Below the pieces are notes generated by a model. It was not told the origin of the DNA, searched no databases, and saw only the letters and a list, made by a program, of their open reading frames with translations. A DNA stretch of 55,053 bases, the filler included, from Asterionella formosa (taxonomy: Eukaryota), in assembly GCA_002256025.1 (NCBI GenBank). It is 4 parts of 4 records of this genome, joined end to end, with 100 filler letters (N's around TTAATTAATTAA, not from the genome) between each part and the next. Parts side by side here need not be neighbours in the genome. Positions count along the whole stretch, not along the records: positions 13,818 to 27,507 come from NKIB01006493.1; positions 27,608 to 41,289 come from NKIB01006494.1; 2 more parts are not named here. One strand, written 5' to 3'. This document shows, piece by piece, positions 24,156 through 36,300 of the stretch (positions are counted from its first letter, which is position 1; each line of letters opens with the position of its first letter). The position numbers and the translations under genes were made by a program.

Positions 24156-24932
24156 CTACATATGATAGAGCAATTGACGTCGTTTTTTGTCCCATTGATG
24201 AGCATCGACAGTTTTCCCTTCCAGTAGGGATCGGACAGCTTTGCATTGGACCAACACAATATTGTCTTGCATTTGTTGTGGGTGAAGGAGTGCACGTGCA
24301 TTTTTCCTCCACACAACCAGTCGCTCACATTGGTGTGAGTTTGATTGAATGCCCTGGATACTTTCCTGGTACACACATTGCAAGCAACTGGGAGGTTGGA
24401 CAAATCCGAGCCGCGCAAAGAAACACATTTCACAAAACAGTTCCTGTAAGTAAGTGTCGTCCATCACCGGAAGGTCGAAAGGCTCCAAAACTCTTCCAAG
24501 GGACGCCGATGCGGGCGGTGCAGTAGTTGTTCGATTTCTTTCTTTCTTGTGCTGTTGCTGCTGAATGTCGTTCAACAATCGTTCGACCGACTCGACTGTT
24601 CCATCAAATGGATTACTGCGATGTTCTGAAAGAATACCGATAAAGTCTTTTTCTTCTTCTGCAGTGATCCATCCCTTGTGGCGAAATGCGGCTATTTTGG
24701 GCAACAGCTCTAATTTAGATTGCGCACAGGGAGAGAGCTGAGCTGGTTGCCTTGGAGGTCGAGGACTATTCGTGGCATTGCGCCGAGAATTGCGGTTTCT
24801 GTTGCTGCGAGAATTACCGCTAGAACTGTTGGCTGAAGTCGATGACAAGGACGATGTGGGCGATGGAAGCCTCGACTGTCGGAGGATGGAGCGTTTCATG
24901 GCTTCTTTCGGGCGAAACATTGAATTGTGCAT
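24156..24932 (-). CDS. Hypothetical protein with Cys-containing C-terminal domain
   Basis: 258-aa ATG-initiated ORF with gene-like composition, an S/R-rich N-terminus and a C-terminal LFCEMCFFARLGFVQPPSCLQC...CERLVVWRK block. Confidence 0.7.
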   Translation of the reverse strand: MHNSMFRPKEAMKRSILRQSRLPSPTSSLSSTSANSSSGNSRSNRNRNSRRNATNSPRPPRQPAQLSPCAQSKLELLPKIAAFRHKGWITAEEEKDFIGILSEHRSNPFDGTVESVERLLNDIQQQQHKKERNRTTTAPPASASLGRVLEPFDLPVMDDTYLQELFCEMCFFARLGFVQPPSCLQCVYQESIQGIQSNSHQCERLVVWRKNARALLHPQQMQDNIVLVQCKAVRSLLEGKTVDAHQWDKKRRQLLYHM

Positions 24933-26350
24933 TTGAAGCTTCTCGTGAAGGAGCTGATAAGCTGTTAGAATGAGGAGGCGGCCGAGGTGCTTCCTTGTTA
25001 TATGATGATGTAGGCTACTCCTACCAGGTACCGTACCGGAGCAGGTTCTCTGAATATACCGGTAGTATTATTGAAGTGACAGCCGGTATTTTCTGCTTGC
25101 TTACATCTAAGTGCGCTGGCCGATAGCTGATGATTGATGACATACTGGTGATGTTTCCAACGTGCTTTACTACTTTCTCGCAACCATCATTAGCTGGTCG
25201 GCCGTTTTTATTTTTTTAGAGAATTTCAAACCGTGGTTCCCTTTTTAAAAGCAGCAAGCAGGAAAGGTCGGATAGTAGGAGGCTGCTAGAAGCAAGCAAA
25301 TACCGGTAAATAAATGTTAAACAAGTTGACCGGTTTCTACAGTATTGCTTTTTCCACGTTTTAAACTACAGTACAACATACATAATAGTAGTACACAAAA
25401 TATGATTGTTAACACGGACCCAACATGTGTTGGACAACACCACATGTCACCTGTTCCGAGTAGAGCACACATGACGTTTGAGGCATGCCAAAACAGGGGG
25501 CAAACATCCCGACCACCCACTTCACAAAATTAATTTCGAGTAGTCTACACAATGTTTTTCCAAACCAAATGTTGAATGAGTTTAAGTTATGACTTGTGCA
25601 TTACCTCATCCCAGGGAAGTTGCAGTAAACGACGGTTCTTACTATAAGGAAAACAGTGCTAAATTTCTCATTTACTGCAACTTGCAAGGAATCCAGTTTC
25701 ATGTTCTTCTCTACTCCTTAGCTAACCATTGAGAACAAGCCTGATCAAGTGCCTTTTCAACCACAACTACTCGGCATGAGGATCAACAATCAACAACAAC
25801 AGTCCAAACCGCTCTTCTTCTTAAAAACAAAGAATTGTGATATAGATATCTTGTTAGTAGCTATAATACATTACCACACACAATTCTGCCAGATGGAAGT
25901 GTTCCTGCCTGAGTCAGTCCAACTTCAGTTGGCATGCCGCACTGTGTCATAGCATGTCACCTTTCTTCAAGCACCCAGGACAGCATCAACTTTGTCTATC
26001 CTGCTTTGCTTGTAGTACATGAGGAGGGTACACATCAAGCTTTGTTAGCCAGCAAGTCAAGTGTAGTAGCTGCCTTGTTAGATGCAACAATATTCTATAT
26101 TGTACCATGTGGAAGTTTGCCATTATTATTTGCCTTTGATGTTTCTAATTCCATAACTATATTTTTTAAAATAGGCGACACTACTGTCTTCTACAAAGAA
26201 TTAGGTATCACCTTGGACTTTTTGGATGGTTGAGTCTGCTTGTTTTTTTCTTGCTGTAGGTTTTGTCATTGTTGATGAGATGATTGCGATTTGCTTCATT
26301 TTGTGGTGCCTCGGAAGCAATTTCTGATGTGAATTATGGTCTCTGACATT

Positions 26351-26575
26351 TAAATATGGCGTGACTTTTTTGGCCTTACAAAGAAAAATTGCATTTATTT
26401 ACTAAGAGTGACTTAGTATTGACGGTCAAAGGTAATCACCGATTTCCATGGGTTTGCCGAAAGAATCAACCAGGCATACACAGGCATATAAATATGGCGT
26501 GACCTTTTTGGCCTTAAAAAGAAAAATTGCATTTATTTACGAAGAGTGAGTAATTGACAGTCAAAGATAATCACC
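26351..26575 (+). repeat. Direct duplication of ~88 bp
   Basis: TAAATATGGCGTGAC...AAGAAAAATTGCATTTATTTAC...GTCAAAG.TAATCACC occurs at 26351-26440 and ~26489-26575. Confidence 0.9.
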
Positions 26576-26697
26576 ATACAGAGACTGTTTCATCATCATA
26601 CAGCATTCAACCTATTTGCCTTGCTTAGTCAATGAAGTTGTTGATCATCAAGTTGCTTTGTTTTGTCATCATTACTCAACGAATCAAAATGGCAGCT

Positions 26698-26830
26698 ATC
26701 GACCCCTTGCTCATTTCGCTTCAATCAATCAGCATCATGGCAAAATATTAATTTAGCTAAGAAAACAAAAGACTGATTAGGATTCTTTTTCTAAAATGAT
26801 TTTCAATTGCTCATTTTATCAACAAACATA
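26698..26830 (-). repeat. Dispersed repeat family A, copy 3 (inverted)
   Basis: Reverse complement matches 9551-9679 and 14130-14232. Confidence 0.85.
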
Positions 26831-27336
26831 TGGGCACAAAAGGTTGCATGTGTGACTTGTAGTGTATTTACCGCAACTCACTGGTACCTGGTGTGTCAAG
26901 AATATTAGCCCGAGTCACAAGGATTGTGGACTCGGTTGTAATCGATCGAGTCGAATAATGCATTGCCACGTCAATTAGCTGCTTAACGAGATCAAAGATT
27001 GAAGATTTCTATGGAAATGTTAAGTGGAAACTCGAAGAGCAGAGTCTTAGTACAACGACATTGCAGGAAGCAAAGATGCATGGAAAGGAAACATTAAGTT
27101 TAGCTTATAATTTAATTTGAGTTTTAGATTATCAACCGAGGAAACAGTGTGTTAATTGACAGGAAGGTCAATTAGTCTATCTAGCAGGAAGGCTAGAAGC
27201 AGAGACAAGAGAGAAAGCAAGTGGTACTAGGTAGTACTACGATCACGTAAGAGTCTACGTGAAGAGAGTCCTAGCCCGCAGGAAGGAGTACGGACCATTT
27301 CAACACTGGTGGGTACAAGGTACCTGGTACCTCCAT

Positions 27337-27507
27337 TGTACAGACTTCGAAAAGACAATTAGACCAGAGATCGTTAGGGGTTCTTATTTGAAATTTTTAT
27401 ACTCAATTATTTTTTCGCCTTTGAAGTTGTTCACTTTGAATGCAAACGAAATGAAATGAATCTTCGACATGGCGTCTATTCTGTCCCCGCCTCCGCGCCG
27501 CATTGAT
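27337..27507 (+). mobile_element. Terminus of young repeat family B, copy 2, with ORF start running into the gap
   Basis: TGTACAGACTTCGAAAAGAC...ATGGCGTCTATTCTGTCCCCGCCTCCGCGCCGCATTGAT (MASILSPPPRRID). Near-identical inverted copy at 13818-13988. Confidence 0.85.
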
Positions 27508-27607
27508 NNNNNNNNNNNNNNNNNNNNNNNNNNNNNNNNNNNNNNNNNNNNTTAATTAATTAANNNNNNNNNNNNNNNNNNNNNNNNNNNNNNNNNNNNN
27601 NNNNNNN
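27508..27607. other. Artificial contig spacer
   Basis: 100 nt with TTAATTAATTAA at 27552-27563. Confidence 0.97.
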
Positions 27608-27608
27608 T

Positions 27609-28502
27609 AGTCAGCGATATTTGGCAGGTGGATCCAAACTGACAGCAAACAACAAGCAGCAAGGAAACAGAAACGCTCGCCGAATAGAGGGACGTGCTTC
27701 AAACAAATCACCTAGATCTACTCCAAGAGATTTACCCTTGAAATATTCAGCAGAGCAGCAACGATCTTCAGCAACCTTCAATAGCATACTTCAACGAGCT
27801 CGGGGGCTTGGTAAAGGTCTTTCTCCACGTAGCCCCCTCGTTGCGAAGAAATTACAAGCAGTTGGCTATCGGCTGCCCGTTGCATTAGTATTATGGTTGC
27901 TACTTTTATCTGAAGACTTCACTCCATACAAATTAGCAGCTGTTGAAGGTGCCAGCATGCTTCCTACATTTGCCGCACAGGGGGATATTGTGATCAATGA
28001 AACTGGTGCGTGGCACCGCATTCTAGGGCAAGAACTGGAATATGAAATCGGCGACATTATCGTGTGGCGAAATCCAAAGGCATGGCAGGGCATGTCCGTT
28101 AAAAGAATTATAGGTCTTGATGGCGATGAAGTTCTAAGATTCGGAGAATACGTTCGTATTTACAGAGACGACCCTTCTTGGGGCATAACTGACGACCCTA
28201 GCATGAATGACTATGATGCTCATGGTGTAATCGACATGATGCGAACTGTCACGATCCCAAAAGGCCACATCTGGGTAGAAGGAGACAACCCGCCTTTTTC
28301 CAAAGACTCGAGACATTATGGTCCTGTACCAAAGGAATGGATTCGAGGACGCCTGGTTGCTCGATTATGGCCTCTAGGTGGAGCGCAACTCACTAGAGAA
28401 CGGCCCGTGCCAGTTCCTATAGAGGAACTTGCAGCAGATCCTCAATTCAATGTTCATAATCTGGATTCGAAGAAAGGGCAGACTGAAAGACACCTCTTGT
28501 AA
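27609..28502 (+). CDS. Peptidase S26, mitochondrial inner-membrane protease subunit 1-like (5' incomplete)
   Basis: Hydrophobic segment followed by GASMLPT (catalytic Ser), VKRIIGLDGD (catalytic Lys) and IWVEGDNPPFSKDSRHYGPVP. The frame is open back to the gap with no ATG, so the start is missing. Confidence 0.9.
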   Translation, partial: SQRYLAGGSKLTANNKQQGNRNARRIEGRASNKSPRSTPRDLPLKYSAEQQRSSATFNSILQRARGLGKGLSPRSPLVAKKLQAVGYRLPVALVLWLLLLSEDFTPYKLAAVEGASMLPTFAAQGDIVINETGAWHRILGQELEYEIGDIIVWRNPKAWQGMSVKRIIGLDGDEVLRFGEYVRIYRDDPSWGITDDPSMNDYDAHGVIDMMRTVTIPKGHIWVEGDNPPFSKDSRHYGPVPKEWIRGRLVARLWPLGGAQLTRERPVPVPIEELAADPQFNVHNLDSKKGQTERHLL

Positions 28503-29583
28503 CACGAAGGTAATGTAACGCATTATTTCTATTATATCTCTGATTCTATTATGGCGACAGAAGCATCAGCTGATACTCTGTCTCCTCCATTCTGCTGGTA
28601 AACAAGTATACATATTACATTAATTTCAATGGAACACCACTACAACATAGATGGTCAAAACTCCTCCTATTCCCACAGTCCTCAAACTGCAATGGATAAT
28701 ACAATACACCATGAACCAATTTACTTTAGTGATATGATGTCACATGTATAAGTATCACCTTCAACATTTGAAAAGGAGAGGCAGAGAAAATGAACAATGT
28801 ACCAACATAGCTATACATAGACAATCAATATGGTTGGTTTGATTTGGTTTGCGTATTTTCCAATCACTTTTGTTCATTACGAATATATGAGATTTCAGTA
28901 GGAGTTAGGCACAATAGGCGAAGTTCTTCATGTCCTCCTATTAGTGCACATGTTTGCAAAAGTTTTTCCTGTAAATATATCTGCAACTCTTTAGGGAATG
29001 CCATGCTGAATGCCTCACAAATTAATCGAATTCAAGCCTTTACTAGTTGGTCCCTTTGTTTCAGTGTCCAATCGATTAGGTTCTAGTACTAGTGGCGCAT
29101 CCTTTCGTTCTGTAATGGTTTTAACTCAGGCGCCTTTTCGGGTATCAACGCAGCCAGATCACACAAAGATACGGTCGCTCAATCAACCCCATGGGGATTA
29201 TATAACACTCTGCTCTTCTTTCTCTTCAACAGGGTCATTGAATGTCAAATGGACCAGTGCTGATAGGGCCTATTTCGATGGAAAGGGTATCCAATTTTTC
29301 TTTGCCATATTGTTGAATGTTCATGCAGATGTCAGGGTTAGCGTGCAGGAAGGGTGGCATATCCTTGGAGTTTACTCTCAGTTGGCATTTGCGGTGTTTT
29401 CGGAAGTTGCGGTACCACTAAGAGATGATATGTGCATGTGTGGCAACTGTGAGTCCTTGGTTGGTTAATCTCTTGACAGTGACAGTGCAACAATGTTCCC
29501 AGGTCCAGATGTTCATGTTTTATTTAGAAAGTTGGAGTGAGAGAGCAATATATTGGCATTTTTATTGGATGTTCCACTTGTTA

Positions 29584-30350
29584 NNNNNNNNNNNNNNNNN
29601 NNNNNNNNNNNNNNNNNNNNNNNNNNNNNNNNNNNNNNNNNNNNNNNNNNNNNNNNNNNNNNNNNNNNNNNNNNNNNNNNNNNNNNNNNNNNNNNNNNNN
29701 NNNNNNNNNNNNNNNNNNNNNNNNNNNNNNNNNNNNNNNNNNNNNNNNNNNNNNNNNNNNNNNNNNNNNNNNNNNNNNNNNNNNNNNNNNNNNNNNNNNN
29801 NNNNNNNNNNNNNNNNNNNNNNNNNNNNNNNNNNNNNNNNNNNNNNNNNNNNNNNNNNNNNNNNNNNNNNNNNNNNNNNNNNNNNNNNNNNNNNNNNNNN
29901 NNNNNNNNNNNNNNNNNNNNNNNNNNNNNNNNNNNNNNNNNNNNNNNNNNNNNNNNNNNNNNNNNNNNNNNNNNNNNNNNNNNNNNNNNNNNNNNNNNNN
30001 NNNNNNNNNNNNNNNNNNNNNNNNNNNNNNNNNNNNNNNNNNNNNNNNNNNNNNNNNNNNNNNNNNNNNNNNNNNNNNNNNNNNNNNNNNNNNNNNNNNN
30101 NNNNNNNNNNNNNNNNNNNNNNNNNNNNNNNNNNNNNNNNNNNNNNNNNNNNNNNNNNNNNNNNNNNNNNNNNNNNNNNNNNNNNNNNNNNNNNNNNNNN
30201 NNNNNNNNNNNNNNNNNNNNNNNNNNNNNNNNNNNNNNNNNNNNNNNNNNNNNNNNNNNNNNNNNNNNNNNNNNNNNNNNNNNNNNNNNNNNNNNNNNNN
30301 NNNNNNNNNNNNNNNNNNNNNNNNNNNNNNNNNNNNNNNNNNNNNNNNNN
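29584..30350. other. Assembly gap
   Basis: Run of N. Confidence 0.99.
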
Positions 30351-33300
30351 TTCTTTCTAGTATCAACCATTATTCCACCACTTTCAATTGAATCAAATCA
30401 TTAGCTGCTGTATCACTAGCATCTGGTCATGGCTGGTTGTCGACTGAATGTAACATGACAAGCAATGATTCCTGCAAATAAGAGTGGAAAAAAATCGGTG
30501 AGAGTTGCTTAATTGAAAACAATTGCAAAGAGCCCAGACCAATAATTTTTTTTTGTACCTTATTTTGACTCTGGAATGACACAAGACATTTTTTGTTTCT
30601 GAAGCACGAGCAGATTACCTGTGCGAGTTATTGCAATGAACAAAAGCAAAACGATAAAATGAAACAACTAACACCATACCAAGAAAAGAGCCAACAACAA
30701 AGCCTTGAAAACGACATTCATTTTTCATGGAATCTTGAATTTTCGTTCATGGAAGGCTGTAATTTAGAGAGGAGAACAAGGTGTGAGAAGAAGACGCTCA
30801 AAGTATGTATAAATTGTATCGAACTTACTTTGCAGACTCCCCCATCATCACTGCGGCGGTTTTCCGTATTTTGGCATATTTCACAATTTATGTGCCGCAA
30901 GAATGATGATGATAGAGTCAATAATTGATTTAAAATGGGCGCAGACAGTTGTGCTCATTTCCTAAGCAATACAATGTACCATACACCTGTGAATTGGATA
31001 CACAAAAATATTGGCGCTGTCTGCAGTGTTGTATGATTCAACCGTGATGACCGCCAATTTAACCACCATTCAACTACCACTAGCAAGAGTTACATAAGTA
31101 AAATAAGAATGGCTGGATTCATGCTCTGGGTGCCCGAGTTATCCCTCTTAAGCGCTACATAGTATAATAATATTTAGCTGAGATGATGCGATTCTTTTGT
31201 ATATAAAAAACGCTGCAGTGTAGTCGTTATGATTGGCATGAGCATCCTGCATCATGTCGTTTCAACCTTGAGCATGAAGAAAATAGCGGAAATCTTTTCA
31301 GAAACCGAGAATGACGTTTTAATATTCAGTATATATCTCAAGCAGGATATAGACAATACAATCTTAAAATTATCATTGAAATAACACCAATATTCACAAC
31401 GAAGCAAAATTGAACTCGCCGAGTGCACATTTTTCCTTTATTATAGAGATTCACAAGTCAAAACAACGCTCTTGCGAACAGATTTGAATCTTTTACAGTA
31501 GCTCTACAACAAATAAGATGACTAGTATGAAAGTAATGACTATTGGAAGCAAAAGATTTGAAAATAGTTATTTATTGAAAGAAAATTGATTGATTGTAGC
31601 TACCGGCAATTTTTGTGATGGTGGATGCACCAGGTATCAGCACCGACAAATGTGTTGTTATTTCTCTGGCAGTTGCTATATATTTTAACGCGGGAAAATA
31701 TTATTTGAAAAGAAATCGCGGACTTTTTATTTAATTGTCTGGTGATGCCAGTATATTATGGCCGCCAAGCAATGTAATTTCTCCATTCTACGGTTGTAAA
31801 TTCTAGTAGTAGTCAAAAAAAATTGCTGTGAATACACATAATTATTGGTTTGAACACACAATTATTCGATAAGTGAAATAAATTTTTTATTAGAACATAT
31901 AAATTATGGTTTGACCCAACTAAATTCCGAAGAAAGTGCCAGAATATTTTAGAAAATTAACAAAAATACGTCACTTTAGACATAAAATCGAAAAAGTGCC
32001 GTAAATGGCGTCTTAGATGTGGATAAGTTGGCTGAGATTCTGAATTACTGGGAGGTATGCAGAGCTGGAGTTATTCCCTTGACTGCGGTTATCTATTTGG
32101 TTGTCGATTGCAATCAGGTTGGATTCATTTATTAGGGGGTTACAGAGTTTCTTGGCTTCAGGCGAGTCCCAAAATGTTGTTGTTGTTTGTTCCTGGATGT
32201 CGTTTTTTGGATGATTTCAGGGAGAATGATGACCCAAGTGATGGTTCCACTAGCTGGATGTAGCCGCTCAGTCCCAAGTCTTCGACTCTTCGACTTGAGA
32301 CAATGAAGCTGTAATAGCTATTTCTGATGAAACATCAGTCCCCCTACTAGCAATAATAATCTACTAGCAGTTGCTTCTGTTCCTTCTCGTTCTTGTTGTT
32401 CTCACTTGTCCTTCTCCTTTTTCTTGAATTTAAGTCATCTCCTAGGGATTTTTATATTTGAATCAAAACCAGTATGTAGAGTAACTTTTTCTCTAATAGT
32501 CGAGGTGAAGTACTACAACCACTAGATGATATCATGTGACAATCATGAAAATTTTGACCATCATGACCCCGACTTCCACTTCTTAGCAAACTCTTCAATG
32601 AAACGCATTTCTCTTACCATTCCGATGAATTCCCATAAGTCGAAAGCTTAGAAACCGCTTATACTGTCTTTCCTGTGATGTAAATAAATCTTTGCCTACT
32701 TTCGCCTTTGTTTGATACTCATGTCGAAATACCATAATCACCTTCTTGCCTGTGAAATCGCGACCTCATTGGGCTCCAAAGATTGATTTGGAAACAACTT
32801 ATTGAGAAACCTTATCAATCAATTAGTATCAAATTGTATGTTATCGCCAAAAGAGTACTTTTCGTGAAGATTATTCTTGAATTGATTGACTGGCAAGAAC
32901 CAAACACCATGAATAGCAGGAGGGTTGCTCCTGAGCAATGGCAGCCATAATTGATATCGCTTTAACTTTTTGAAAATCATCGGAGAAGTGATTCCCCAAA
33001 AGTATTTCACTCATGACTATACGGACTTATCTAATACCTTTTTGGGGAATCTCTTTAGCACAAGAAACGGTGGCGATATTGAGCAAAATGGTGAGCCGAT
33101 CGAGGCAAACAAATTGGCACGATATTCCTTCCCACTGTAGGGATAAGGAAAATATGTTGTACCAGGTCTACGTGGGCTACTATAATTGATATTTTTATGC
33201 ATTATCACCATATAGGACCGATCTCAGCCGTGATGATCACAGAAACAATGACACAACAGGTACCGGTAAAAACTGGATTGTATAATATTGTACTTTTGCT

Positions 33301-33372
33301 ATCGCTTGTTTGAACTGTGCTATCGCTTGTTTGAACGGTACAGTGTTAAGTCCGGAAGTGAGCATAACGACC

Positions 33373-36300
33373 ATGAGGTAAGAGAGAGAGAGAGAGACAT
33401 ACAATCCCGCCGTAATCATATTATGAAAGCCGCCAACAAGGACGATGGGGATTGATTTCCAGCCCCTTTTGACAACCACTACTGACCCGGTAGCGGGGAA
33501 TCTGCTCCATTCTGCGAGAATGCTGAACTAAAAGCGGGTGGGAAGCTGCAGCGCCAAGCACATAACAAACAAACCGGTACTCTGAAAGAATGCCAAAACA
33601 ATCTGCTGGGCTGTAGCAATAGAATAGTTGGAAGCGTTCGACCCATTGAACAATCCCACGCTCCATATGTCTCACTTTGCACATTTGATCGAGCAACTCA
33701 TTGACATTTTTACACTCAACAATCCTTGGCCTGTTTTCTCATACCATTTTGCATTCGTTCTATCTCTTTTTGATTGACGCTACAATCAGTCGTCCAAATG
33801 ATCACCACGGAGGAGGTCGCCGCGGCCCTTTGAAGCCTGACCACGGGGAGAATTTTGTGCCTGGAGCCGAGGCAGCACCCGAGAATCTCGCCCCGCAACC
33901 ATTGGATCATTTCAAGCGAGGATACAAGGAACGCGCGGATCTACGTGACCGCGAAGCCAATCCACTTCCAACTGAATACGATGTTCAAACAAAGGCAAGT
34001 ACTGCTGCTTCAACACCAAACTTCAACGCAGGATACAGCAATTCCAATGATAACGACGGGGGCAATAAGAATCGTAGAAACTTCAACGGCACTGGTGGAG
34101 GCAGCATTGGCTTTGACGTGATTCGACTTGTCGATGAGCTGTGCAGACCAGGATGTCCTTTACCACAAGCACTGGATCGTGCCAAGGAGCACCACTTTTC
34201 AAGCTTCGCTAGCGGCAAAGCACTGACTGCGATCCTGTCCAACTTGGCTCGTCGTAGAAAGTTGGGAATTGCTCTATCTGTGTGGCAATGGATGGATGCA
34301 GCTGATATAAAAAAGAATGTCTTTCACTATAATTCACTTATTTCGGTTTGCGAAAAGATGAAGGATAGCACTCGAGCAATGCGATTGATGAATGAGATGG
34401 ACGAAAAGGGAATTCCGAAGAACGAAGTCACGTAAGTTCACCAATCAGCCAATTTATCAATTTGATGGGCTTAATTTTCTCATGCAAAATTTATTTGGAT
34501 TCTCTAGATTTTCGTCTGCGATCTCTTCTTGCGAGAAAGCCGGAGAATGGCGAACAGCCCTCGACCTCTTGGAAAAAATGAAGAAAGAAGGAATCACACG
34601 CACTGCAATCGCCTACAACGCTGCTATCAGTGCTTGCGAAAAGGGCCTCGTCCCACACAAAGCACTGGAAATCTTTGAACAAATGAAACGGGAGGGCGTG
34701 ACACCTACTGTCATCACTTATTCTGCGATGATTAGCGCGGCGGAAAAGGGACAACAGTGGAAGCTTGCTCTTGAGGTTCTTGAGGAGATGAAAGCCGTTG
34801 GTCATGGTGCAAACGTAATCGCCTACTCTGCTGCCATATCAGCGCTGTCAAAAGGACAAATGTGGGAGAAAGCTCTGGAGCTCTTCCGTGAGATTGAGCG
34901 CTTTGGGAATGCTCCAAGTATCGTGACTTACAACGCAACAATGTCAGCCCTTGAAAAGGGCCTTCAATGGGAGCGAGCTTTAGATTTATTCGACGAGATG
35001 AAAATGAAAGGACTCCCCATCACAGTGGTCAGCTATGGGTCGGCCATCTCCGCTTGTGAGAAAGGACTTCAGTATAGGCAATGTCTGGAGTTTCTCGACG
35101 AAATGACCGAGATCGGCATAAGGAAAAATGTGGTCATTTTTGGAGCCGCGATGTCATGTATGGAGAAATCGTGTCGAGCTGATATCGCATTTCAACTCAT
35201 GGACAGGATGAAGATTGAAGGCGTACCTCCGAATGTCCACATTTTTAACTCTGCGATTTCCGCTTGTGCCCGATGCAACCTCTGGGAGAAGGGCTATGAA
35301 CTGTTTCAAGAGATGGAGGTCGTCGGCGTTGTCAAAGATGTAGTGTCATACAATGCCGTCTTGGACGCTGTGAGCACTCAGGTGCCGCTGGCTCGAAGGC
35401 TATTTAAGGAAGGTAAGTATTTCGATTGTTGTGCCCCTACCGACGAAATTTTCCTCCTGTGCTCAACTCCTCGCTCACGTTAGGTGTTGAGAGAGGATTT
35501 TACGCTCGAGTGTCTCGACTAGGTACGCAGTGGCTTGAGTTGGACCTACACTTCCTCTCACTGGGCGGTGGCGAAATCGCCCTTGGATGGTGGTTCGAAG
35601 AGTGCCTAGTTCCCTACTTAGTGAATAGCTCCAAGCTGGCGGCAGTGAAATCCATCGATATCGTCACTGGCTACGGGAAAACTAGAATGCGGGGCGTTCG
35701 CCATGGCGATGACGGCATGCGCAAGCGCGTTAAGGCAATGTTGCACTTTATGGAAATTGCAGAGGTCGATCAACCGAACCAGGGACGAATTCATATTGAC
35801 AAAGAAGCTTTAATGCAGACAGTACAGAGGAATGGAGGCAAGATTATATTTGACGATGAGGGCTATCGCAAATTTAAGCTCGAAAGTACGACGGCGGCAC
35901 ACATTCCTGACGTGATACAAAATGTTCGACCAAAAGTCAAACCAGCTGGTCCTGTTGGGGAAATGCCAAGGCGCCATAAAGATGACGACATGCACGAATA
36001 TGGTCGAAACAGCAGTCGGCGTGGTAGCTATGATGATGGAAGAGGCCGTCCTGGCTACGGCGGTTCCGAAGATATAAATTGGGTGTCTGATCAAACCAGT
36101 CGCCCTGAGGAGGTCGGAAGCGACCATCGCAAAAAATACAATAGACCAGGAAGACACCGTCAAGGCGGCGCCGAAGATAATAATTGGTTGTCGGACCAAA
36201 TTAGGCGCCCTGAGGAGGTAGGAAGCAGCCATCACCTACCATACAATAGACCAGGAAGGGACGGTAAAGGAGGTGCCAACAGTGATGGATATGGCAACGG

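Noticed and set aside
29425..30404. Long X-filled ORFs here and at 39604-40252
   Set aside because: Artefacts of translating through N gaps.
28844..33230. Short ORFs around the first N gap
   Set aside because: Stop-riddled, with no identifiable motifs. Probably old element debris that cannot be classified by eye.
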